From a virus (lineage: Duplodnaviria > Caudoviricetes), in the IMG/VR virus record IMGVR_UViG_3300020319_000010, positions 1 to 30,903 of that record: DNA of 30,903 nt; one strand, 5' to 3'. Positions within the stretch are counted from its first letter, which is position 1. Each line of letters starts with the position of its first letter. The translations under genes were made by a program, and so were the position numbers. The notes beneath the pieces are model-generated. The model was not told where the DNA came from. It saw nothing but the letters and a program-made list of their open reading frames with translations, and did not search any database. Positions 9,384-17,800 of the stretch are shown here, piece after piece.

Positions 9384-9425
9384 TTATACATAGGGTATAC
9401 CCAATTTATATATTTTTACTTTGTG

Positions 9426-9451
9426 GGGGTTGCAATTGCGACCCCTTTTTT
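9426..9451 (+). terminator. Rho-independent terminator
   Basis: GGGGTTGC-AATT-GCGACCCC stem-loop (8 bp including one G:U) followed by TTTTTT. Confidence 0.85.
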
Positions 9452-9469
9452 ATTGGATACTAGGTTTAG

Positions 9470-12400
9470 ATGTCAACATTTTCCTACAAATCTGGTGGTA
9501 GAAGTTCCCGATATCTTTCTGATTATCGGGATCAAACTGTTGGCAGCTTAAATGTATCCTATACAATAGATGATTGGTGGGAAGAATTAGATCAAACAAT
9601 AACCATTGCAGAAACTTCCGTTGCAGCAAATAATTACGGAAATATTTCTCAGTATGGTTCACATGGTATCGCTTGTAGAGTAAAAGGAAGTGGTGCTGTT
9701 AATGACAATCAAGTATCATCTGGAACTATTTTAATTGTTGGGGGAAAAGGACCTCTAAGATTTTCTGGTACAGCAAGAGCATTCCCAATTAATGTTCCCT
9801 ACACTAGCATTAATTGTAGTGGTGGTATTTGTGTTTATTCATATGAATCTGGAGTTGTTTCAGATACTGTAGGATTGCATGGTCCTAGCACAGTTCTTGT
9901 TCTTGGAAATAGAACTATTGGATCATTTACTAGTGTTAGAGATCATCAGTCATTATTCAGATTTAATAATGTTGATGAAAGTAGAACTTATGTTTATGAT
10001 GCAAATGTAGTTGATGAATGGTATGAATTAGATTATGGATTAATTACTAATTCACATACTACTACAGAAGATAACGGTAATATAACTGATCTTGATCAAG
10101 TAACTAGACACGATTACGGATATATCTGGCGTTTACGTACAGAAAGAGCATTTGGATTTGTCAAGACAGTTGGTGAAGCTCAAGCAAGAGCAACTAATGC
10201 ATGGGTTGGTGAAGGTAAGATTACGATCTTCAGTAAACAGAAGGGTGCTAACTTCTATGGTTACATTGTTGATGGAAAAGTACGAAGTTTCCAAGTGCTT
10301 GGCACTGCGGATGCAAACTATTCTCCTGCTCCAAAGGGCAGGGGAATTATTCCGCTATCTGGAAATGTATTAGAAAGTTTTGATCCAGCTGGTGAATTCC
10401 TTGGAGGAACTTTATTCGCATTTGCTGGTGCAGCAGAATCTGCTACATTTAATCCACAAGAGAAACAAATGCTCTTCTCCTTTACAGGTGAAGGTCATTG
10501 CAGTAACACAGACATCGCTTCAGGATCTGGTAATTTATTTGCGTTCTCTGGATTATCCGAATCTACACTTGTTTCTGAATATGGCAAAGGTCTCTTTGCA
10601 CTTGGAGGAACAGGTAAAACTCATTACGTTCCTCATGTTGAGGGAACTGGAAGAATTCCAGTATTTGAAGGTGCAGCTGAGTGTCTTACCTTCAATCCAA
10701 CAGAAGAACAAATATTATTCTCTGTCAATGGTCTTGTTACAGAGAAACATACAGAAGTATATGTTGGTTCTGGAAGAATCAGAAAATTATCTGGTGCTGC
10801 CGAATCAATTCGTTGGGCTGCTCAACATACAACAGGTCTTTATAAAATTACTGGTAACGGTATTGATACAAGATCTAGAGACTTTGTTGGATTCGGTTCT
10901 CTCAGAAAACTTAGTGGTGCATCTGAATCTCTTACATTCAATCCACTTGAGAAAGATTTATTATTCTCATTTGTTGGTGAAAGAATTAGTGAGAAACATA
11001 CTGAATCCTATGTTGGATCAGGAAGAATTAGAAATCTTGCCACACTTGAAGCAGAAAAAGCAGTATTTGATTACGTTGGATCTGGATCTCTTAATCTTTA
11101 TCCAAGAAAACCAGAAATATATCAGTTATCACAACTTGGAAACTTTACTCTTGACTACTATAGTTTACAGAATGCTTATATTAACCTTGGTTATCTTGAA
11201 TTCTATAATCAAGCACTTACCAACCTTGCTCCTGTACAACTTAAGTGGTTAAATCTTGAAGAAGGTCACGAAAAACATACCGAAACATATAATAATTCTG
11301 CATGTGAAGAAGGAATAGAACTTGATTACGGATTTATTATTAATCAATCCGCTAGTTTATCTTGTGTAGAAGTTGATGGTACTATTAGTAGTGATACTAC
11401 TGCTACAACTGGATGTACTAAGGTTGCACCTGGAACAATACTTGCTATTGCTCCACCAAATACATACACAATTCCTGTATCAAATACAACACCAACATCT
11501 TACATAGATCATGGTCTTGTATCTGAACCTAACTTTAACGAAAGAGAAGATTACGGACACATACTTGATAGTCTTTCTAAGGTATGTCCATACGGTGCGT
11601 TTGAAGTTGCAGGTACAGCAACAACATTCTTTGTTGAGAATATCGTTTCTACTGGTATCAGTGTTAGTGGTAGAGCTACCATTAATATATTTGGTGCAGG
11701 TGGTACGTTCTGGACTCCACCTTACTATGGATCTGGATTTACAAAAATTACTGGTACTCTTGCCGAGTCCTTTACACCTACAACTCATATTGGATCGGGT
11801 GTACTTTATGCATTCTCAGGTGCAGCAGAATCTACATCTATCGGTGCTGTTTCTGGTGGACTATTCAAATTTGGTGGAGATGGATATACATTATTCAGTC
11901 TACAACATTTTGGATCTGGTGGATTCAAACTCAGTGGAGATGGTACTACTTTAAGAACAAGACTGTTTACAGGATCTGGTTCACTCAAGAAATTCAGTGG
12001 TGCAGCAGAATCTGCTACATTCAATCCACTAGAAAAACAAATGCTCTTCTCTTTCCTTGGAGAAGGAATAGAGAAATTTGTTGCCAATCCTCCAGAAGAA
12101 GGAGCAGAAATTCGTCTTTCTGGTACAACAACCCCAGAACTTCTTACATTTGCAGAACAACCATTTGGAAGAATTCCTATTTCTGGAGTTGGTGGTACAG
12201 ACAGAACAAGAGTATTCATTGGTTCTGGATCACTCAAAAAATTCAGTGGTGCAGCAGAATCTATTACATTCAATCCAGAAGAGAAACAATTATTGTTCTC
12301 TTTCACAGGATCTGCTACAGAAAAAGTTACTGCCAATCCTCCAGAAGAAGGTACACAAATACGTATATCTGGAGAAGCAATTCCAAAGGTACGAGTTCAC

Positions 12401-13969
12401 GAAGTTGTCTTCGGAACAATTCCTATATCTGGAGATGCAGTCTTCAAGAAAACCAAACCATTTATTGGCTCTGGTTCACTCAAGAAATTCTCTGGTGCTG
12501 CCGAAAGTATTACAGTCAACCCACTGGAGAAACAACTTCTATTCTCCTTTACAGGAAGAGGAATTGAAACTAGATCTAGTGTTGAGATTGCTTCTGGTAG
12601 ATTATTTACCTTTAGTAGTTCTACAGTTGTATCTGGTATTGCTTACGAAACTAGCGGTCTATTCAAAGTTAGTGGTATCGCTAGAGCTGTTCAAGTTCCA
12701 AGATATAAAGGTAGTGGTTCATTCAAGAAATTCAGTGGTGCTGCTGAATCTCTTACTGTTAATCCAGATGAAAGACAGTTACTATTCTCGTTTGTTGGAG
12801 AACGCATTGCAGAAAGCAAGTCTACAACAGAGACAGCATCTGGTGGTATTAAGATATATCCAGAAGCATCTGATATCAGATTTATTCCTAACTGGAATTC
12901 AGTTGGTGGAATTAAAATTAATATTGATGGTGAAGAAAGATTCTCTAATGTTTACATTGGTTCTGGATCATTCAAGAAATTTAGTGGTGCTTCTGAATCT
13001 CTTACCATCAATCCTACTGAAGAGCAAATGCTCTTCTCCTTTACAGGTGAAGGTGTACAAAGTAGAACATCTAGAGAAATCAGTAAGGGTGGAACTCTCA
13101 AACTTAGTGGTGATGCAAGAATTGTTCTCGTTCCAAACAACATTGGTTCTGGTACTATCTTTGTTACTGGTGATGCTGATACTGTTAGAGCAAGAGACTT
13201 TGCTGGATCTGGTTCACTTAGAAAATTATCTGGTGCAGCAGAGTCCAGAAGGATTGATATCACTACACTTCCATCTCTATTCAGAGTTTATGGAGATGGT
13301 GATATTGCTCGTAGCAGACCTTACATTGGATCTGGATCTCTTAGAAAACTTAGTGGTGCAGCAGAGTCTCTTACCTTTAATCCTGATGAGAAGCAAATGC
13401 TCTTCTCATTCTTGGGTCAAGCTACAACTACAAGAGCAAGAGACAAAGTTGGTCAAGGAACAGTCAAAACACTTGGCGATTCTGTTGCACGTTTCTCTCC
13501 TGTACACATTGGTTCTGGTACAACAAAACTTACTGGCGAAGTATACGTTACAAGAAGCAGAGACTTTGTTGGATTCGGTTCTCTCAGAAAACTCAGTGGT
13601 GCAGCGGAATCTCTTACTTTCAATCCATTGGAGAAGCAAATGCTATTCTCCTTTATTGGAGAAGGTGTTCAAGCAAGAACCTCCAAACTTATCAGTCAAG
13701 GTGGAACTCTTGCAATCAGAGGAACTTCAGGCGATCCACTACTTACATTTGCGGAAGAAGCAAGAGTTGAAATTGATATTACAGGAGATAGCATTGATCT
13801 CCGTACTCATGCATATCAAGGTTCTGGAAGAATTAGAAATCTTAATAGTCTTGATGAATCATTCGTTCGTGATGGATATGAAGGAAGTGGAACAGTCACA
13901 ATTTCTGGTATCGCACTTGTACAAGTACAACTATTCCAACCACCATTCACTCAGGTCTGGATTATTTAA
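9470..13969 (+). CDS. Large repetitive virion structural/fibre protein (1499 aa)
   Basis: About 10 full and 3 partial copies of GAAESxTxNPxEKQxLFSFxG in a Gly-periodic beta-rich sequence; two DYG-motif clusters. Confidence 0.8.
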   Translation: MSTFSYKSGGRSSRYLSDYRDQTVGSLNVSYTIDDWWEELDQTITIAETSVAANNYGNISQYGSHGIACRVKGSGAVNDNQVSSGTILIVGGKGPLRFSGTARAFPINVPYTSINCSGGICVYSYESGVVSDTVGLHGPSTVLVLGNRTIGSFTSVRDHQSLFRFNNVDESRTYVYDANVVDEWYELDYGLITNSHTTTEDNGNITDLDQVTRHDYGYIWRLRTERAFGFVKTVGEAQARATNAWVGEGKITIFSKQKGANFYGYIVDGKVRSFQVLGTADANYSPAPKGRGIIPLSGNVLESFDPAGEFLGGTLFAFAGAAESATFNPQEKQMLFSFTGEGHCSNTDIASGSGNLFAFSGLSESTLVSEYGKGLFALGGTGKTHYVPHVEGTGRIPVFEGAAECLTFNPTEEQILFSVNGLVTEKHTEVYVGSGRIRKLSGAAESIRWAAQHTTGLYKITGNGIDTRSRDFVGFGSLRKLSGASESLTFNPLEKDLLFSFVGERISEKHTESYVGSGRIRNLATLEAEKAVFDYVGSGSLNLYPRKPEIYQLSQLGNFTLDYYSLQNAYINLGYLEFYNQALTNLAPVQLKWLNLEEGHEKHTETYNNSACEEGIELDYGFIINQSASLSCVEVDGTISSDTTATTGCTKVAPGTILAIAPPNTYTIPVSNTTPTSYIDHGLVSEPNFNEREDYGHILDSLSKVCPYGAFEVAGTATTFFVENIVSTGISVSGRATINIFGAGGTFWTPPYYGSGFTKITGTLAESFTPTTHIGSGVLYAFSGAAESTSIGAVSGGLFKFGGDGYTLFSLQHFGSGGFKLSGDGTTLRTRLFTGSGSLKKFSGAAESATFNPLEKQMLFSFLGEGIEKFVANPPEEGAEIRLSGTTTPELLTFAEQPFGRIPISGVGGTDRTRVFIGSGSLKKFSGAAESITFNPEEKQLLFSFTGSATEKVTANPPEEGTQIRISGEAIPKVRVHEVVFGTIPISGDAVFKKTKPFIGSGSLKKFSGAAESITVNPLEKQLLFSFTGRGIETRSSVEIASGRLFTFSSSTVVSGIAYETSGLFKVSGIARAVQVPRYKGSGSFKKFSGAAESLTVNPDERQLLFSFVGERIAESKSTTETASGGIKIYPEASDIRFIPNWNSVGGIKINIDGEERFSNVYIGSGSFKKFSGASESLTINPTEEQMLFSFTGEGVQSRTSREISKGGTLKLSGDARIVLVPNNIGSGTIFVTGDADTVRARDFAGSGSLRKLSGAAESRRIDITTLPSLFRVYGDGDIARSRPYIGSGSLRKLSGAAESLTFNPDEKQMLFSFLGQATTTRARDKVGQGTVKTLGDSVARFSPVHIGSGTTKLTGEVYVTRSRDFVGFGSLRKLSGAAESLTFNPLEKQMLFSFIGEGVQARTSKLISQGGTLAIRGTSGDPLLTFAEEARVEIDITGDSIDLRTHAYQGSGRIRNLNSLDESFVRDGYEGSGTVTISGIALVQVQLFQPPFTQVWII
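10420..13665 (+). repeat. Intragenic degenerate repeat array (~80-aa unit in the 3' half)
   Basis: GSGS(L/F)(K/R)K(F/L)SGAAES units recur about every 245 nt between ~12.0 and 13.0 kb; 35-bp exact repeat at 10877..10911 and 13559..13593. Confidence 0.85.
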
Positions 13970-13971
13970 GA

Positions 13972-13979
13972 CATAAATA
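13972..13979 (+). promoter_or_regulatory. Late promoter variant CATAAATA
   Basis: Intergenic, 27 nt before the ATG at 14007. Confidence 0.6.
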
Positions 13980-14006
13980 TACTTTGAAAGATAGTGCGTA
14001 GATGAA

Positions 14007-14471
14007 ATGACCACGCAGATACAGTTTAGAAAAGGCAATACACCTGAACATTCACAGTTCACTGGAGCTAATGCTGAGATAACTGTTGATACCCAAAAAA
14101 AGACTGCTGTTGTACATGATGGCAGTGATGTTGGTGGATTTGAATTACAAAGAGCCAGATGGGAAATTAAAAACAGCAATGGAAATTTAGTTTGCGGATT
14201 AAGATATCTAATTGATACATCAAATTCAGCATTAACTCTTACTATGCCTTATGAGTCTCAAGGAATTGTTCCTCATATTGGCGACATGCTAGAAATAGTT
14301 GACTTCAAAGCAACTTGGGGAATAAATAATGCTAGCTTGGAAGTAGCTACTGGAAGTAACCAAATGTTTTTAAATAAATTTGGTAATACAGATAACTGCT
14401 TTACTCTTGATGTAACTGGACTTTATGTTCAATTTATTTGGGACGGAACTTACTGGAGGATCTTAGCGTAA
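14007..14471 (+). CDS. Structural protein with Mtd-N-like (major tropism determinant N-terminal) domain (154 aa)
   Basis: QIQFRKG...H..FTG...EITVDT.KKT.VVHDG...GG is the Mtd_N-type motif; the C-terminal half (DTS....LT.P....GD...IVD....W) resembles the small gp9/gp10-like domain. Confidence 0.75.
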   Translation: MTTQIQFRKGNTPEHSQFTGANAEITVDTQKKTAVVHDGSDVGGFELQRARWEIKNSNGNLVCGLRYLIDTSNSALTLTMPYESQGIVPHIGDMLEIVDFKATWGINNASLEVATGSNQMFLNKFGNTDNCFTLDVTGLYVQFIWDGTYWRILA

Positions 14472-14836
14472 TGTCTTTATATCTTAGTGCAAGTACAGGA
14501 GAAACACAACAAACTGTTGCTAACTCCAATGATTTTACAGTTCATGCTTTACGAAGAGATTCGGAAGGTATGCTGTACTATACAGTAGCAAGGTCTACTG
14601 AAGATGCAGTTTTTGATTTTCATAGAACAGACGGTGAAGAATACACCGATTTTCTTCAAGGTACTGAATATGTCACTGCTAATGCAGGACCAAGAGCATT
14701 ATCTAATGACCCAAATGATAAGTACCAACAATTTAGGTTTGACTTTAGAAGAATAACCTATTTTATTGATGATGATGGTTACTTAGTCGCAAGACTAAAT
14801 AAAGCATATGATCACACAACTAACGGACCTAAGTAG
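14471..14836 (+). CDS. Hypothetical protein, probably virion-associated (121 aa)
   Basis: Start most likely the ATG at 14471 (TAATG overlap); HALRRD.EGMLYYT and YQQFRFD.R...YFIDDDGYLV. Confidence 0.7.
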   Translation: MSLYLSASTGETQQTVANSNDFTVHALRRDSEGMLYYTVARSTEDAVFDFHRTDGEEYTDFLQGTEYVTANAGPRALSNDPNDKYQQFRFDFRRITYFIDDDGYLVARLNKAYDHTTNGPK

Positions 14837-14847
14837 GATTTTTACAA

Positions 14848-17800
14848 ATGGCAGATTTTAGACTCGGCAGACTTAAGTTTAATTGGAAGGGTAATTGGAC
14901 TACTTCCACTGCTTTCGTCATTGACGATATAGTCAAGTACGGTGCAAATGCATATGTATGTACAACAAATCATACATCAGCAGCGAACGAAAATTTATTT
15001 TATTCTTCTGATCTTAGCAACTGGTCACTTCATACTGAAGGTACTCTTAGTAAAGGAGATTGGGCTGCAACTACTTGGTATAAAATAAACGATGTTGTTA
15101 AGTATGGTAACTCACAATATCGTGTCACCACTGGACACACATCAGGTACTACTTTTTCTGATACCAATTTTTCTACTTACTTAGAGGGTTTAAAATTTGA
15201 AGATAGTTGGGTCGCTCAAACAACATATCAAATTGGTGATATAGTAACTTTTAAAGGATACACTTATTCTGCAAAAACAAATCATACTGGTCAAACAGCA
15301 ACACCAAACTTAGATACTACTAACTGGGTTGTTGTTACAACTGGTTTCTCTGCTCAAGGAGATTATGGAGTTTCAACAGCATATGCTCCAGGTGATGTTG
15401 TTAGATTTGGTGGTTATTCATATGTTTGTACAGTATCCACAACAGGTAATGCTCCAACAGCAACTGCATATTGGAAACTTTTAGTTGAAGGATTTAAATG
15501 GACTGGTGCTTGGTCTGCTGCAACAGTTTACCAAAAAGGTGACATTGTTAATAGAAACTCCAACACTTATATTTGTATAACTTCTGGAACTACAGGTGCT
15601 GCACAAGCTCCAGAATTAGATACCAACGGTAACTATTGGAATTATATTGCACAAGGTGGTGCTGCTGCACAGGTACTTCAAGAAACTGGTGACTTACTTT
15701 ATCAGGCTGCTGGTGGTATTAACAGAATTTCACTTCCAGCTGGATCAACTGGTACTGCTACTGAACAAGCCGCTGCAAGTGGTCAAGTTCTAACAGTTGG
15801 TGGTTCTCCTTTACTTCCAAGATGGGAAACAAATAATACAACAACTAGTGTTTACTATGTTGCTGAGACTGGAGATGATGGTAATAATGGTCTTCAAATT
15901 TCTAGAGCATTTAAAACAATCCATTATGCGATGGATTATATTACTGCATTAACTGGAGCTAATAAACCATCTGCTACAAATCCAGTTAGTGTATATGTTA
16001 AGGCTGGTATTTACGAAGAAAGTCTTCCAATTCATATACCTGCATTCGTTTCTGTCATTGGTGACAACATAAGAAACACAATTGTCAAACCAATTGCAGG
16101 TAATTCAGATCAAATAACAATAACAGTCGCTGCATTAACTTCATTCAGAAGAGGTGATATAGTAGAGAATGATACTGGAACCAAAACAATAAAAGTTTTA
16201 GATGTTAATGCTGCTAAAACTGAAGTAATTGCTCTGACGGTATCGGGTGGACTATGGACAACTAGCGACAAGTATGTTGATGTTTTATCTAATAAGCATG
16301 GAGATGCTTCTGATTTGCTTACAAGTAATGCAGAATTCCTTGCTCATGAAGCATATCATCGTCATGTAGCAAACAACGGTGCTGTCAGTGGTACAGAAGC
16401 TTCTGTTAAGGCACGTCTACAAGCACTTGTTGGTGACTTTGCTTATAATATGAAGTCAGGTGGTAATAATAAAGTACATGCTTACGGTACTGCATATGTT
16501 GGTGGTAGTGCTATCACAGGAAACGCTGGACAAGATGGGATTCTTGTTGGATACCTTGACACAGTTGGTGCAGAGGTAATTCAGAATATAACTGTAACTA
16601 AATCTGCTGGTAACACAAAAACTCAAACAGCATTTGGTGGGACATCAGATACTGCTAACCCTAAATGTGCTACACAAACATCTGCTCTTAATACATTTGC
16701 TACTATTATTACTACTGCCATTACTAATGGCAACATGAGTCATTCATCTTCTACAGATGGTTACAAGGCAATCTCAGCTGTTACAAATCAGATAAACAGT
16801 GAAGCAACAATGTTCTATGTTGCTACACACAATATCATTAAGGATTTGGTGATGGAAGGAATGACAGGATTTGTTCCTGATGGTTCCAATGATAAAAATA
16901 TTGAAGTTGCTACTACAAAGGGTGTTTACATAAGACTTGATCCCGCTTCAGCGATTACTAGATCACCTTATATTCAGAACTGTTCTGCAATTGGTGGTGC
17001 TGCGGTTGGTGCATTAATTGATGGAGACGCTCACGCACACTTTGACGGGTCTCCAACCCCTTCATTCAAGTCAATGTGCTTTGATGCCTTCACACAGGTG
17101 TTAGAGGGCGGTGTAGGGTTCTGGTGTAAGGGTACAGCAGCTGCTGAAATTGTATCTTCATTTACATATTACGCACATATTTCTTACATGTCTACAGGTG
17201 GTGCTAGAATACGTGCTGTATCTGGTAACTCATCTTATGGTAAGTATGGTTGCTTATCAAGAGGATTTGATGCTGCTGAAGCAACTATCAATGGTACAGT
17301 TGGTGGTAAGATGCTTACTACCGATCCTCAAGGTGCTGCTAGTGGAAGTTTCACAATTAATGAAAGAATCAGTGGTGGAACATCAAATGCTATTGGTGAA
17401 TTAAGAAGTGATCAGAATTCTACTGCTCAGAAACTTTACTACATTCCAATTAAAGGAACATTCCAACAGGGTGAATTAATTACTGGTGCTACATCAGGTG
17501 CTACAGCAACTCTCGTTAATAACACAGATGCTGTTAGAGGTCAATTAGGATTCCTTGTTGTTGCTGAAGGTTTATCATCTGCTCCAGACCAAGGTGGTTC
17601 TGTTGAGTATGTTGACAATGGATCTAATAATGATGCTGGATCATATGTTATCTCTAGTTCTAGTTACTCTGGTCCAGACGGACGTGGTAATTTAGTAGTA
17701 ACTAGAGCACAATTAGGTAGTACTGCTGCTGCACATGAAGGTGTATCAACTATTGCTTGGTGGGATAATGTAGGAACAACTGCAACAATTCAAGCGAATA

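Noticed and set aside
14007-14471. Diversity-generating retroelement suggested by the Mtd-N domain
   Set aside because: No reverse transcriptase, no TR/VR pair differing at adenines, and no C-type lectin domain in the window.
17022-17055. Hairpin TGGAGAC...GTCTCCA in a locally GC-richer part of the long fibre gene
   Set aside because: Only a 7-bp stem with a long loop and no U-tract, inside coding sequence; expected by chance in 30 kb.
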